Shown here piece after piece: positions 35,025-46,896 of a stretch of DNA of 64,000 bases (position 1 is the stretch's first letter; each line of letters starts with the position of its first letter). The notes under the pieces are model-generated. The model was not told the origin of the DNA, made no database searches, and saw only the letters and a list, made by a program, of their open reading frames with translations. The DNA is taken from the NCBI RefSeq assembly GCF_002854065.1, contig NZ_CP024147.1, one strand, 5' to 3'. Source of the stretch: Escherichia coli (GTDB lineage: Bacteria > Pseudomonadota > Gammaproteobacteria > Enterobacterales > Enterobacteriaceae). The translations under genes and the position numbers were made by a program.

Positions 35025-36497
35025 TTAATTACGTTTTTCCAGCAGGGTCCGGTAAATCAGACCACCGATAATGCCGCCGACAATTGGCACCACCCAGAAG
35101 AACCACAGTTGTTCTAATGCCCAGCCGCCCTGGAAGATGGCAACCGCGGTGCTGCGCGCCGGGTTAACAGAAGTGTTAGTCACCGGAATACTGATTAAGT
35201 GAATCAGGGTTAAGGCCAGACCAATAGCGATCGGCGCAAAACCTGCCGGAGCGAATTTGTCGGTTGCGCCGTGGATCACCAACAGGAAACCTGCACTCAA
35301 TACCAGTTCAACTACCAGCGCGGAAAGCATGGAATAACCGCCTGGTGAATGCTCGCCATAACCGTTAGGGTGATGCTGCCAACTTACTGATTTAGTGTAT
35401 GATGGTGTTTTTGAGGTGCTCCAGTGGCTTCTGTTTCTATCAGCTGTCCCTCCTGTTCAGCTACTGACGGGGTGGTGCGTAACGGCAAAAGCACTGCCGG
35501 ACATCAGCGCTATCTCTGCTCTCACTGCCGTAAAACATGGCAACTGCAGTTCACTTACACCGCTTCTCAACCCGGTACGCACCAGAAAATCATTGATATG
35601 GCCATGAATGGCGTTGGATGCCGGGCAACCGCCCGCATTATGGGCGTTGGCCTCAACACGATTTTCCGCCATTTAAAAAACTCAGGCCGCAGTCGGTAAC
35701 CTCGCGCATACAGCCGGGCAGTGACGTCATCGTCTGCGCGGAAATGGACGAACAGTGGGGATACGTCGGGGCTAAATCGAGCCAGCGCTGGCTGTTTTAC
35801 GCGTATGACAGGCTCCGGAAGACGGTTGTTGCGCACGTATTCGGTGAACGCACTATGGCGACGCTGGGGCGTCTTATGAGCCTGCTGTCACCCTTTGACG
35901 TGGTGATATGGATGACGGATGGCTGGCCGCTGTATGAATCCCGCCTGAAGGGAAAGCTGCACGTAATCAGCAAGCGATATACGCAGCGAATTGAGCGGCA
36001 TAACCTGAATCTGAGGCAGCACCTGGCACGGCTGGGACGGAAGTCGCTGTCGTTCTCAAAATCGGTGGAGCTGCATGACAAAGTCATCGGGCATTATCTG
36101 AACATAAAACACTATCAATAAGTTGGAGTCATTACCAACCGTTAGAAGCAAAACCGCTGGCTGCCGCGTCAAAACCCGTTTTACCACTGGCAATTAAATA
36201 CAGCAGCGCCGCTGCAACAATACCGCCGACAACCTGGGCAATTACGTAGCCAACGACTTCTTTTGCCGGAAAACGTCCGCCAGCCCATAAACCAATAGTG
36301 ACCGCCGGGTTAAAATGACCACCAGAAATATGACCAACAGCGAAGGCCATCGTCAGAACGGTCAAACCGAATGCCAGCGCCACGCCGGCAAAACCAATGC
36401 CTAATTCCGGGAAGCCTGCGGCCAGTACAGCACTACCACAGCCACCAAAAACAAGCCAGAAAGTACCAAAACATTCAGCTGCTAATTTTCTGAACAT
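35025..36497 (-). pseudogene. aqpZ: Aquaporin Z, interrupted by an IS1 insertion
   Basis: N-terminal part 36137..36497 ([13 protein letters not shown]... with NPA) and C-terminal part 35025..35368 (...second NPA...RTLLEKRN) on the minus strand, separated by IS1. Confidence 0.9.
35369..36136 (+). mobile_element. insAB: IS1 copy 4 (768 bp) with 9-bp target-site duplication AACCGTTAG
   Basis: Identical 9 bp at 35360..35368 and 36137..36145; insA 35424..35699, insB 35618..36121 with an R-to-S change. Confidence 0.95.
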
Positions 36498-36922
36498 ATC
36501 CACCTCAATTAAAAATTGACCCTGTGAAAAATATGGTCGTTTTATAGGGTCGTCGTAAAAAAGTGACGACGGAAATAATGCGCGGCTATTTTAAAAACGA
36601 AGGCGAGTCATTCACCAGATAAATAAATCCAGTAAATTTGATTTAGGGCAACAGCGGGTTGCCCCATATAGTCATTTGTCTGATTGACAGTGTAGTGCAA
36701 GCAAAAGATTTAATCCTTTAGGCGTAATAAAAAATAATTTATCATGCTAATTATTTGATTTTGTTGTTTTTGCAGACTTATCAGCAAGAGGGAGTATAAC
36801 GCGATTATTCGCTCATTTTTCAGACATTTGCCATGCTTAAATGTGATGTCATCACGTATTAGCAAGGCCTTTCCCGTTATACTGCCAGCGTAAAGGATAA
36901 GTCACATATTTCTGGAGGGGAT

Positions 36923-38581
36923 ATGATTCTTGAGCGCGTTGAAATTGTGGGTTTTCGCGGTATCAACCGTTTGTCGTTGATGCTGGAACAAAACAACGTC
37001 CTGATTGGGGAGAACGCGTGGGGTAAATCCAGCTTGCTGGACGCCTTAACCCTGCTGCTATCGCCAGAATCAGATCTCTACCATTTTGAGCGCGACGATT
37101 TCTGGTTCCCGCCGGGAGATATCAACGGGCGAGAACATCATCTGCATATTATTTTGACCTTCCGCGAATCGCTGCCAGGCCGACATCGGGTACGCCGTTA
37201 TCGGCCGCTGGAAGCGTGCTGGACGCCATGCACCGATGGCTATCACCGTATTTTTTATCGTCTGGAAGGGGAGAGTGCGGAAGACGGCAGCGTGATGACA
37301 CTGCGCAGTTTTCTCGATAAAGACGGACATCCGATTGATGTTGAGGATATTAACGATCAGGCACGCCATCTGGTGCGTTTAATGCCGGTGCTGCGCTTGC
37401 GTGATGCCCGTTTTATGCGCCGTATTCGTAACGGCACGGTGCCAAATGTCCCCAATGTGGAAGTCACCGCGCGCCAGCTCGATTTCCTCGCCCGTGAGTT
37501 GTCCTCACATCCGCAAAATCTCTCTGATGGACAGATTCGTCAGGGACTTTCCGCAATGGTACAGCTGCTTGAGCATTATTTCTCTGAGCAGGGGGCCGGA
37601 CAGGCGCGATATCGTTTAATGCGGCGGCGAGCCAGCAATGAGCAACGAAGCTGGCGCTATCTGGATATCATCAACCGGATGATTGACCGACCTGGAGGGC
37701 GCTCGTATCGGGTTATTTTGCTCGGCCTGTTTGCTACTTTATTGCAGGCAAAAGGCACATTGCGACTGGATAAAGACGCCCGTCCATTGTTGCTGATCGA
37801 AGATCCAGAAACCCGTTTACACCCCATTATGCTTTCAGTTGCCTGGCATCTGTTGAATCTTTTGCCTTTACAACGTATTGCTACCACCAACTCTGGCGAG
37901 CTGCTTTCGTTAACTCCAGTGGAACATGTTTGCCGCCTGGTGCGTGAATCTTCTCGTGTTGCCGCCTGGCGTCTGGGGCCAAGTGGCTTGAGCACCGAAG
38001 ACAGCCGCCGCATCTCTTTTCACATTCGTTTTAATCGTCCGTCATCGCTGTTTGCTCGCTGCTGGTTGCTGGTGGAAGGGGAAACGGAAACCTGGGTTAT
38101 CAATGAACTGGCGCGTCAGTGCGGACATCATTTTGATGCCGAAGGGATCAAGGTCATTGAGTTTGCCCAGTCCGGGCTAAAGCCACTGGTTAAATTTGCC
38201 CGGCGAATGGGGATTGAATGGCATGTACTGGTCGATGGCGATGAAGCAGGGAAGAAATATGCCGCTACGGTACGCAGCCTGTTGAATAATGATCGGGAAG
38301 CCGAACGAGAACATTTAACGGCGTTACCGGCGCTGGATATGGAACATTTTATGTATCGCCAGGGATTTTCCGATGTGTTCCACCGCGTGGCGCAAATCCC
38401 GGAAAATGTACCGATGAATCTGCGCAAAATTATCTCGAAAGCGATCCATCGCTCTTCCAAACCCGATCTTGCCATTGAAGTGGCAATGGAGGCCGGACGT
38501 CGTGGTGTGGACTCCGTACCGACGCTGCTGAAAAAAATGTTCTCACGCGTGCTGTGGCTGGCGCGCGGTCGCGCGGATTAA
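36923..38581 (+). CDS. ybjD: OLD-family protein YbjD: N-terminal ABC-type ATPase plus C-terminal Toprim domain (552 aa)
   Basis: Walker A GENAWGKSS, Walker B-like LLLIEDPETRLHP, Toprim motifs LVEGETE and VLVDGDEAG. Confidence 0.85.
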   Translation: MILERVEIVGFRGINRLSLMLEQNNVLIGENAWGKSSLLDALTLLLSPESDLYHFERDDFWFPPGDINGREHHLHIILTFRESLPGRHRVRRYRPLEACWTPCTDGYHRIFYRLEGESAEDGSVMTLRSFLDKDGHPIDVEDINDQARHLVRLMPVLRLRDARFMRRIRNGTVPNVPNVEVTARQLDFLARELSSHPQNLSDGQIRQGLSAMVQLLEHYFSEQGAGQARYRLMRRRASNEQRSWRYLDIINRMIDRPGGRSYRVILLGLFATLLQAKGTLRLDKDARPLLLIEDPETRLHPIMLSVAWHLLNLLPLQRIATTNSGELLSLTPVEHVCRLVRESSRVAAWRLGPSGLSTEDSRRISFHIRFNRPSSLFARCWLLVEGETETWVINELARQCGHHFDAEGIKVIEFAQSGLKPLVKFARRMGIEWHVLVDGDEAGKKYAATVRSLLNNDREAEREHLTALPALDMEHFMYRQGFSDVFHRVAQIPENVPMNLRKIISKAIHRSSKPDLAIEVAMEAGRRGVDSVPTLLKKMFSRVLWLARGRAD

Positions 38582-39570
38582 CCGCGAAACATCGTGGCCA
38601 TTTGTGGCTGAATAGCGTCGAGCATCTCATAGCGCCGACGGTATTCAGCCCGTTTTTTACTGGCGATTTCGGCAATCTCTTTTCGTGCTATCTGTGCTGG
38701 AAGGCGGTAATGGCGTTCAGCATCACATACGCCGCCAACCGATTCCCAGAAAGCGTTGTAATCGGCATGGATCTTGCCTTCTTTATCGCGATAACGCAGG
38801 CTGCGGTAAATATGCGTTTCATTGCTGACGGCAATAATCTGCTCTACCTGCAAACGTTGGGCAAACAGACAGGCCGCTTCCATCACGAGGCGTTTGGGAA
38901 ATAGCCCGTGGCAGGCTTTCGTCGCATTCTGGATTTCCTGATGTGGAATTTCCCATTTTGCGCCTTGCAGTCCACCAATAAACATCGTTCTTTTCCCCTG
39001 ATATTCACACAGGGTAAACGTGATTTCTGCCAGAGGAATACCTTCGCTGTTGCGGAACAGGATTGTGCTGTCACCTTCTTTATCCATTGAGATCATCATG
39101 GTCAGCTCAAGCGTGAACTGCTCGCCGTTTTTGCCTTCCAACTTCGCCAGTTGCAGCCCGGGGGTATTCAAATATAAGCTGAATTCTTCCGCCGACATAC
39201 ACCCGCGGAGTAACGCATAATGGTAACGTAACGCCTCCAGCAATTGCTTACGGCTAAGATTCGCCGCAAGGTAAGGGCGATGCAGACGTACAGGCAGTCG
39301 CGGCTGGCGCGTTAACAATACATTGAGATTAGGCCAGTGGGAAAGTTCGTTCATCCACTCAACGCTTAAACGCGGCATAATCAACGAGCGCAGCAAAAAT
39401 TTCTGGCGAAAACTACGGCGATGCCAGAATTTACCCGGCCGACACTGTCCACGTGCCAGACTAAGAAAAAGTGACAGGCTGCTGAGAGATTCAGATGGCG
39501 TAAAGGTCCGTTCAGTTAGCTGCGACATATTCATGAAATCAATGGTTATACATGACGTCGATTTCACCAT
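38578..39570 (-). CDS. ybjX: DUF535 / VirK-like protein YbjX
   Basis: ORF convergent with ybjD; recalled identity; exact start codon uncertain. Confidence 0.75.
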   Translation of the reverse strand: MVKSTSCITIDFMNMSQLTERTFTPSESLSSLSLFLSLARGQCRPGKFWHRRSFRQKFLLRSLIMPRLSVEWMNELSHWPNLNVLLTRQPRLPVRLHRPYLAANLSRKQLLEALRYHYALLRGCMSAEEFSLYLNTPGLQLAKLEGKNGEQFTLELTMMISMDKEGDSTILFRNSEGIPLAEITFTLCEYQGKRTMFIGGLQGAKWEIPHQEIQNATKACHGLFPKRLVMEAACLFAQRLQVEQIIAVSNETHIYRSLRYRDKEGKIHADYNAFWESVGGVCDAERHYRLPAQIARKEIAEIASKKRAEYRRRYEMLDAIQPQMATMFRG

Positions 39571-39684
39571 TGCGTATCTTAACCAAACATCAATAGTGTG
39601 ATTACTAACGTAAATTTTAGGGTTTTGTTGATATTTCGTTGAAGTTAATGACCCGGATTGGCATATGGAGTATTCAGAATATTT

Positions 39685-40800
39685 ATGAAAAAGCGGAAAA
39701 CCGTGAAGAAGCGTTACGTTATTGCGCTGGTGATAGTCATCGCCGGACTGATTACGTTATGGAGAATTCTTAACGCACCCGTGCCGACTTATCAGACACT
39801 GATTGTGCGCCCCGGTGATTTACAGCAAAGCGTGCTGGCGACCGGAAAGCTGGACGCGCTGCGTAAGGTTGATGTGGGCGCGCAGGTCAGCGGTCAGTTG
39901 AAAACACTGTCGGTGGCGATTGGCGATAAAGTAAAAAAAGACCAGCTTTTAGGGGTCATTGATCCTGAACAGGCTGAAAACCAGATCAAGGAGGTCGAAG
40001 CAACGCTGATGGAGCTACGCGCGCAGCGGCAGCAGGCGGAAGCGGAGCTGAAACTGGCGCGGGTGACGTATTCCCGTCAGCAACGTCTGGCACAAACGCA
40101 GGCGGTTTCACAGCAGGATCTCGACACCGCCGCGACGGAGATGGCTGTGAAACAGGCGCAAATTGGCACCATTGACGCGCAAATCAAGCGCAATCAGGCT
40201 TCTCTCGATACGGCTAAAACCAATCTCGATTACACTCGCATCGTTGCCCCGATGGCCGGGGAAGTCACGCAAATCACCACTCTGCAAGGCCAGACGGTGA
40301 TTGCCGCACAACAAGCACCGAACATTCTGACGCTGGCAGATATGAGCACCATGCTGGTAAAAGCGCAGGTTTCTGAAGCGGATGTAATCCACCTGAAGCC
40401 GGGGCAAAAAGCCTGGTTTACGGTACTTGGCGATCCACTGACGCGCTACGAGGGGCAAATCAAGGATGTACTACCGACGCCGGAAAAGGTTAACGACGCT
40501 ATTTTCTATTACGCCCGTTTTGAAGTCCCCAACCCCAATGGTTTGCTGCGGCTGGATATGACTGCGCAAGTGCATATTCAGCTCACCGATGTGAAAAATG
40601 TGCTGACGATCCCTCTGTCGGCGTTAGGCGATCCGGTTGGCGATAATCGTTATAAAGTCAAATTGTTGCGTAATGGTGAAACACGCGAGCGTGAAGTGAC
40701 GATTGGCGCACGTAACGATACCGATGTTGAGATTGTCAAAGGGCTGGAAGCGGGCGATGAAGTGGTGATTGGTGAGGCCAAACCAGGAGCTGCACAATGA
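39685..40800 (+). CDS. macA: Macrolide efflux membrane fusion protein MacA
   Basis: [16 protein letters not shown]-terminus, membrane-fusion-protein coiled coil; stop overlaps the macB start. Confidence 0.9.
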   Translation: MKKRKTVKKRYVIALVIVIAGLITLWRILNAPVPTYQTLIVRPGDLQQSVLATGKLDALRKVDVGAQVSGQLKTLSVAIGDKVKKDQLLGVIDPEQAENQIKEVEATLMELRAQRQQAEAELKLARVTYSRQQRLAQTQAVSQQDLDTAATEMAVKQAQIGTIDAQIKRNQASLDTAKTNLDYTRIVAPMAGEVTQITTLQGQTVIAAQQAPNILTLADMSTMLVKAQVSEADVIHLKPGQKAWFTVLGDPLTRYEGQIKDVLPTPEKVNDAIFYYARFEVPNPNGLLRLDMTAQVHIQLTDVKNVLTIPLSALGDPVGDNRYKVKLLRNGETREREVTIGARNDTDVEIVKGLEAGDEVVIGEAKPGAAQ

Positions 40801-42743
40801 CACCCTTGCTCGAATTAAAGGATATTCGTCGCAGCTATCCTGCCGGTGATGAGCAGGTTGAGGTGCTGAAGGGCATCACCCTCGATATTTATGCCGGTGA
40901 GATGGTAGCGATTGTTGGCGCTTCGGGTTCCGGTAAATCAACCCTGATGAATATTCTCGGCTGTCTGGATAAGGCCACCAGCGGCACCTATCGCGTCGCC
41001 GGTCAGGATGTTGCCACACTGGACGCCGATGCGCTGGCGCAACTACGCCGCGAGCATTTCGGCTTTATTTTCCAGCGTTACCATTTGCTTTCGCATTTAA
41101 CCGCCGAGCAGAACGTTGAAGTACCCGCCGTCTATGCTGGTCTTGAGCGGAAACAGCGGCTGCTTCGCGCCCAGGAGTTGCTGCAACGACTGGGGCTGGA
41201 AGACCGTACAGAGTATTATCCGGCACAGCTTTCGGGTGGTCAGCAACAGCGCGTTAGCATCGCGCGGGCATTGATGAACGGCGGTCAGGTAATTCTTGCC
41301 GATGAACCAACCGGCGCACTGGACAGCCATTCTGGCGAAGAGGTGATGGCGATCCTGCATCAGCTGCGCGATCGCGGACATACGGTGATTATCGTCACCC
41401 ACGATCCGCAGGTCGCTGCTCAGGCCGAGCGGGTGATCGAAATTCGCGACGGCGAAATTGTGCGCAATCCTCCCGCCATTGAAAAAGTGAATGTTGCTGG
41501 CGGGACGGAACCTGTTGTCAACACGGTGTCTGGCTGGCGGCAGTTTGTCAGCGGTTTTAACGAGGCGCTGACGATGGCATGGCGGGCGCTGGCAGCGAAT
41601 AAAATGCGTACTTTACTGACCATGCTGGGGATTATAATCGGTATTGCGTCGGTGGTTTCCATTGTCGTGGTGGGCGACGCCGCCAAACAAATGGTGTTGG
41701 CGGATATTCGTTCTATTGGTACGAATACTATTGACGTCTACCCCGGGAAAGATTTTGGCGATGGCGATCCGCAATATCAGCAGGCGCTGAAGTACGACGA
41801 CTTAATCGCCATCCAAAAACAACCGTGGGTCGCCTCAGCCACACCTGCCGTCTCGCAAAACCTGCGCCTGCGTTATAACAATATTGATGTTGCTGCCAGT
41901 GCCAATGGCGTGAGCGGCGATTATTTTAATGTCTATGGCATGACCTTCAGTGAAGGAAACACCTTTAATCAGGAACAGCTGAACGGTCGTGCGCAGGTCG
42001 TGGTTCTCGACAGTAATACTCGCCGCCAGCTTTTCCCCCATAAAGCAGATGTGGTTGGCGAGGTGATTCTGGTCGGCAATATGCCCGCCAGAGTCATTGG
42101 TGTGGCGGAAGAAAAACAGTCGATGTTTGGTAGCAGTAAAGTGCTGCGTGTCTGGCTACCTTACAGCACGATGTCCGGGCGAGTTATGGGCCAGTCGTGG
42201 CTGAACTCCATTACTGTCAGGGTGAAAGAAGGATTTGACAGCGCCGAGGCGGAACAGCAACTCACGCGTTTACTTTCACTGCGCCACGGTAAGAAGGATT
42301 TCTTTACCTGGAACATGGACGGCGTCTTGAAAACCGTTGAAAAGACCACACGTACTTTACAACTGTTTCTGACGCTGGTGGCGGTGATTTCGCTGGTAGT
42401 GGGCGGTATTGGTGTAATGAATATTATGCTGGTGTCAGTGACCGAGCGGACGCGGGAAATTGGCATTCGCATGGCTGTAGGTGCGCGAGCAAGCGATGTT
42501 TTGCAACAGTTCCTGATCGAAGCCGTACTGGTTTGCCTGGTTGGTGGCGCGTTGGGAATAACACTGTCACTGTTAATTGCTTTCACCTTGCAGCTTTTCT
42601 TACCCGGCTGGGAGATTGGTTTTTCACCGTTGGCACTGCTGCTGGCGTTTCTCTGCTCGACGGCCACCGGGATTTTATTTGGCTGGTTACCCGCACGAAA
42701 TGCGGCACGACTGGATCCAGTAGATGCTCTGGCACGAGAGTAA
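40797..42743 (+). CDS. macB: Macrolide export ABC transporter MacB, fused ATPase-permease (648 aa)
   Basis: Walker [10 protein letters not shown], signature LSGGQQQR, C-terminal FtsX-like permease. Confidence 0.95.
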   Translation: MTPLLELKDIRRSYPAGDEQVEVLKGITLDIYAGEMVAIVGASGSGKSTLMNILGCLDKATSGTYRVAGQDVATLDADALAQLRREHFGFIFQRYHLLSHLTAEQNVEVPAVYAGLERKQRLLRAQELLQRLGLEDRTEYYPAQLSGGQQQRVSIARALMNGGQVILADEPTGALDSHSGEEVMAILHQLRDRGHTVIIVTHDPQVAAQAERVIEIRDGEIVRNPPAIEKVNVAGGTEPVVNTVSGWRQFVSGFNEALTMAWRALAANKMRTLLTMLGIIIGIASVVSIVVVGDAAKQMVLADIRSIGTNTIDVYPGKDFGDGDPQYQQALKYDDLIAIQKQPWVASATPAVSQNLRLRYNNIDVAASANGVSGDYFNVYGMTFSEGNTFNQEQLNGRAQVVVLDSNTRRQLFPHKADVVGEVILVGNMPARVIGVAEEKQSMFGSSKVLRVWLPYSTMSGRVMGQSWLNSITVRVKEGFDSAEAEQQLTRLLSLRHGKKDFFTWNMDGVLKTVEKTTRTLQLFLTLVAVISLVVGGIGVMNIMLVSVTERTREIGIRMAVGARASDVLQQFLIEAVLVCLVGGALGITLSLLIAFTLQLFLPGWEIGFSPLALLLAFLCSTATGILFGWLPARNAARLDPVDALARE

Positions 42744-42756
42744 TTTTTGAGATAAA

Positions 42757-42783
42757 AATGCCAGCCGATCGGGCTGGCATTTT
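42757..42783. terminator. Hairpin between convergent macB and cspD (likely bidirectional terminator)
   Basis: Stem atgccagcc / ggctggcat followed by ttttgcc. Confidence 0.5.
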
Positions 42784-42815
42784 GCCTTTAGGATGTACAC
42801 AATGAGACAGAAGAG

Positions 42816-43040
42816 CTATGCGACTGCCGCTTCTACTTCGACGGGCACAATAACACTGGCGTGATTGCCTTTTGGCCCCTGGTGGACATCAAACTGAACG
42901 GATTGTCCAGCTTTTAGCGTTCTGTAACCATCCATCTGAATGGTGGAATAATGAGCGAAAATATCTTCGCCGCCGCCTTCAGGGCAGATGAAACCAAACC
43001 CTTTGGCATTGTTGAACCACTTAACAGTACCCTTTTCCAT
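42816..43040 (-). CDS. cspD: Cold-shock-like protein CspD (74 aa)
   Basis: MEKGTVKWFNNAKGFGFI cold-shock domain; start trimmed from the ORF track. Confidence 0.9.
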   Translation of the reverse strand: MEKGTVKWFNNAKGFGFICPEGGGEDIFAHYSTIQMDGYRTLKAGQSVQFDVHQGPKGNHASVIVPVEVEAAVA

Positions 43041-43362
43041 GCTTCGACATCCTTCGCAAATCTTATACAAGTAAGATGGAATAAACCGGGGTCAGAGAGG
43101 GGGCTGTTCAAAACCTCGCCAACTCTAGAAATACAATTTAGAGAATTAGGGCGAGCCGTCAAGCATTTGACAGGGGACAAGGGGCAGGTATGAATCAAAA
43201 ATTTGAAGCAGTTAACGCTATTGACAGGAATGTGACAGATGTCGCTGATGCCAACGATAGATGATAGTTATCTATCATGTGGAGTAGATTGGTCAGGCAA
43301 ATAAGCTCTTGTCAGCGGCAGGGCGTTCTGCCGATAACCGTAACCGAAGATGATAACTGACA

Positions 43363-43683
43363 ATGGGTAAAACGAACGACTGGCTGGACTTTGATCAACT
43401 GGCGGAAGAAAAAGTTCGCGACGCGCTAAAACCGCCATCTATGTATAAAGTGATATTAGTCAATGATGATTACACTCCGATGGAGTTTGTTATTGACGTG
43501 TTACAAAAATTCTTTTCTTATGATGTAGAACGTGCAACGCAATTGATGCTCGCTGTTCACTACCAGGGGAAGGCCATTTGCGGAGTCTTTACCGCCGAGG
43601 TTGCAGAAACCAAAGTGGCGATGGTGAACAAGTACGCGAGGGAGAATGAGCATCCATTGCTGTGTACGCTAGAAAAAGCCTGA
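43363..43683 (+). CDS. clpS: ClpA adaptor ClpS (106 aa)
   Basis: Recalled ClpS sequence; immediately upstream of clpA. Confidence 0.9.
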
Positions 43684-43713
43684 ATGCAGGCATAAAAATT
43701 GGGGGAGGTGCCT

Positions 43714-45990
43714 ATGCTCAATCAAGAACTGGAACTCAGTTTAAATATGGCTTTCGCCAGAGCGCGCGAGCACCGTCATGAGTTTATGACCGTCGAGCAC
43801 TTGTTACTGGCGCTGCTCAGTAACCCATCTGCCCGGGAGGCGCTGGAAGCGTGTTCTGTGGATTTGGTTGCGCTCCGTCAGGAACTGGAAGCCTTTATTG
43901 AACAAACCACACCCGTTCTGCCTGCCAGTGAAGAGGAGCGCGACACACAGCCGACGCTGAGTTTTCAGCGTGTACTGCAACGTGCGGTCTTCCATGTCCA
44001 GTCCTCCGGTCGCAATGAGGTTACCGGTGCAAACGTTCTGGTCGCTATCTTTAGCGAACAGGAGTCGCAGGCGGCATATCTGTTGCGTAAACATGAAGTC
44101 AGCCGTCTCGATGTGGTGAACTTTATCTCTCATGGCACGCGTAAAGACGAGCCGACACAGTCTTCTGATCCTGGCAGCCAGCCAAACAGCGAAGAACAAG
44201 CTGGTGGGGAGGAACGTATGGAGAATTTCACGACGAACCTGAATCAGCTTGCGCGCGTGGGCGGAATCGACCCACTGATTGGTCGTGAGAAGGAGCTTGA
44301 GCGTGCTATTCAGGTTCTCTGCCGTCGCCGTAAAAACAACCCGCTGCTGGTGGGGGAATCTGGTGTTGGTAAAACTGCGATTGCGGAAGGTCTTGCCTGG
44401 CGAATTGTTCAGGGCGATGTGCCGGAAGTGATGGCTGACTGTACAATTTACTCACTCGATATCGGTTCTCTGTTAGCGGGCACAAAATATCGCGGCGACT
44501 TTGAAAAACGTTTTAAAGCGTTGCTCAAGCAGCTGGAGCAGGACACTAACAGCATCCTGTTTATTGATGAGATCCACACCATTATCGGTGCGGGGGCAGC
44601 GTCTGGTGGTCAGGTCGATGCGGCTAACCTAATCAAACCGTTGCTCTCCAGCGGTAAAATTCGTGTAATTGGTTCGACAACCTATCAGGAGTTCAGCAAC
44701 ATTTTCGAGAAAGACCGTGCTCTGGCGCGTCGCTTCCAGAAAATTGATATTACTGAACCGTCGATCGAAGAAACTGTTCAAATCATCAATGGCCTGAAAC
44801 CGAAGTATGAAGCACACCACGACGTGCGTTATACCGCAAAAGCGGTGCGTGCGGCGGTAGAGCTGGCGGTGAAATACATTAACGATCGTCATCTGCCGGA
44901 TAAAGCCATTGATGTTATCGACGAAGCGGGCGCTCGCGCACGCCTGATGCCGGTAAGCAAACGCAAGAAAACCGTTAATGTGGCGGATATTGAGTCCGTG
45001 GTGGCCCGTATTGCACGCATTCCAGAGAAGAGTGTTTCTCAGAGTGATCGTGATACCCTGAAAAACCTCGGCGATCGCCTGAAAATGCTGGTCTTCGGTC
45101 AGGATAAAGCCATTGAGGCGCTGACTGAAGCCATTAAGATGGCGCGTGCAGGTTTAGGTCACGAACATAAACCGGTCGGTTCGTTCCTGTTTGCCGGTCC
45201 TACCGGGGTCGGGAAAACAGAGGTGACGGTACAGCTTTCGAAAGCTTTGGGCATTGAGCTTCTGCGCTTTGATATGTCCGAGTATATGGAACGCCATACC
45301 GTCAGCCGTCTGATTGGTGCGCCTCCGGGATACGTTGGTTTTGATCAGGGCGGTTTGCTGACTGATGCGGTCATCAAGCATCCACATGCGGTGCTGCTGC
45401 TGGACGAAATCGAGAAAGCGCATCCGGACGTGTTCAATATTCTGTTGCAGGTGATGGACAACGGTACGCTGACCGATAACAACGGACGCAAAGCGGACTT
45501 CCGTAACGTGGTGCTGGTGATGACCACTAACGCCGGGGTACGGGAAACTGAGCGCAAATCCATTGGTCTTATCCACCAGGATAACAGCACCGATGCGATG
45601 GAAGAGATCAAGAAGATCTTTACACCGGAATTCCGTAACCGTCTCGACAACATTATCTGGTTCGATCATCTGTCAACTGACGTGATCCATCAGGTGGTGG
45701 ATAAATTCATCGTCGAGTTGCAGGTTCAGCTGGATCAGAAAGGTGTTTCTCTGGAAGTGAGCCAGGAAGCGCGTAACTGGCTGGCCGAGAAAGGTTACGA
45801 CCGGGCAATGGGCGCACGTCCGATGGCGCGTGTCATCCAGGACAACCTGAAAAAACCGCTTGCCAACGAACTGCTGTTTGGTTCGCTGGTGGACGGCGGT
45901 CAGGTCACCGTCGCGCTGGATAAAGAGAAAAATGAGCTGACTTACGGATTCCAGAGTGCACAAAAGCACAAGGCGGAAGCAGCGCATTAA
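43714..45990 (+). CDS. clpA: ATP-dependent Clp protease ATP-binding subunit ClpA (758 aa)
   Basis: Two AAA+ modules ([16 protein letters not shown]); start at [11 protein letters not shown]. Confidence 0.95.
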   Translation: MLNQELELSLNMAFARAREHRHEFMTVEHLLLALLSNPSAREALEACSVDLVALRQELEAFIEQTTPVLPASEEERDTQPTLSFQRVLQRAVFHVQSSGRNEVTGANVLVAIFSEQESQAAYLLRKHEVSRLDVVNFISHGTRKDEPTQSSDPGSQPNSEEQAGGEERMENFTTNLNQLARVGGIDPLIGREKELERAIQVLCRRRKNNPLLVGESGVGKTAIAEGLAWRIVQGDVPEVMADCTIYSLDIGSLLAGTKYRGDFEKRFKALLKQLEQDTNSILFIDEIHTIIGAGAASGGQVDAANLIKPLLSSGKIRVIGSTTYQEFSNIFEKDRALARRFQKIDITEPSIEETVQIINGLKPKYEAHHDVRYTAKAVRAAVELAVKYINDRHLPDKAIDVIDEAGARARLMPVSKRKKTVNVADIESVVARIARIPEKSVSQSDRDTLKNLGDRLKMLVFGQDKAIEALTEAIKMARAGLGHEHKPVGSFLFAGPTGVGKTEVTVQLSKALGIELLRFDMSEYMERHTVSRLIGAPPGYVGFDQGGLLTDAVIKHPHAVLLLDEIEKAHPDVFNILLQVMDNGTLTDNNGRKADFRNVVLVMTTNAGVRETERKSIGLIHQDNSTDAMEEIKKIFTPEFRNRLDNIIWFDHLSTDVIHQVVDKFIVELQVQLDQKGVSLEVSQEARNWLAEKGYDRAMGARPMARVIQDNLKKPLANELLFGSLVDGGQVTVALDKEKNELTYGFQSAQKHKAEAAH

Positions 45991-46013
45991 TCTGATTGTC
46001 AGGTAGGTTGGTG

Positions 46014-46048
46014 AAGTCCGTAATCTCGAAAGAGGTTACGGACTTTTT
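46014..46048 (+). terminator. clpA intrinsic terminator
   Basis: Stem aagtccgtaa / ttacggactt followed by a T-run. Confidence 0.6.
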
Positions 46049-46202
46049 ATTTATGGGGTGGAGGAGGTTCAGACCCTTTTTTTGATGATGATGGTAACTT
46101 GTTGATAATTAGTGCTGCTGGAAGGTAAGGATAAAAAAGGGTGCTGCGGGAGAATGGGATGGTTTTGCTTTATTAACAACGGGCTAAACGTGTAGTATTT
46201 GA

Positions 46203-46290
46203 ATTCACTGCCGTACAGGCAGCTTAGAAAGTCAACCGAAAGAAAAACTCGATTTTTATACCGTTCACTGCTGTACAGGTAGATAAAATG
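46203..46290 (+). CRISPR. Orphan type I-F-like CRISPR remnant: two 28-bp repeats flanking one 32-bp spacer
   Basis: Repeat 1 attcactgccgtacaggcagcttagaaa (27/28 to the I-F consensus GTTCACTGCCGTACAGGCAGCTTAGAAA); spacer gtcaaccgaaagaaaaactcgatttttatacc; repeat 2 is degenerate (7 mismatches); no cas genes in the window. Confidence 0.7.
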
Positions 46291-46292
46291 CG

Positions 46293-46321
46293 AAAAAAAA
46301 GCTCGCACTTTCGTACGAGCT
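46293..46321 (-). terminator. serW intrinsic terminator
   Basis: Hairpin agctcg...cgagct followed on the minus-strand transcript by U8 (plus-strand A8 at 46293..46300). Confidence 0.6.
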
Positions 46322-46333
46322 CTTCTTTAAATA

Positions 46334-46421
46334 TGGCGGTGAGGGGGGGATTCGAACCCCCGATACGTTGCCGTATACACACTTTCCAGGCGTGCTCCTT
46401 CAGCCACTCGGACACCTCACC
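46334..46421 (-). tRNA. serW: tRNA-Ser, anticodon GGA (88 nt including CCA)
   Basis: Minus-strand sequence GGTGAGGTGTCCGAGTGG...CCTGGAAAG...GGTTCGAATCCCCCCCTCACCGCCA with a long variable arm. Confidence 0.9.
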
Positions 46422-46674
46422 AAATTGTTTTGCTGCCAAACCTCATGGGTGGCAACGGGGCGCTACTATAGGGAGTTGGAGTAAAACGGTCAAGAAGAAT
46501 TTTAATGATAATTATTGTTTGCTCATACTGTAAACAACTTGTGCAGTATATCTACATCGAGACAAGTTATGGACTTATACTTCCAAAGTACTTCATACAT
46601 ATCACAAAATAAAAAGGCCGGTTAAACCGACCTTTTACTCGTTCTTTCTCTTCGCCCATCAGGCGGTAAAACAA

Positions 46675-46896
<222 letters not shown>

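Noticed and set aside
34697-35071. 124-aa ORF in the ybjE-aqpZ intergenic region
   Set aside because: Lies in a GC-rich, hairpin-dense segment with low-complexity Ala/Arg/Pro-rich translation and no convincing start context; more likely non-coding.
46069-46533. Small ORFs (79, 71 and 81 aa) spanning the CRISPR remnant, serW and its terminator
   Set aside because: The region is explained by the CRISPR repeats, the tRNA-Ser gene and terminator hairpins; the ORFs overlap the tRNA.
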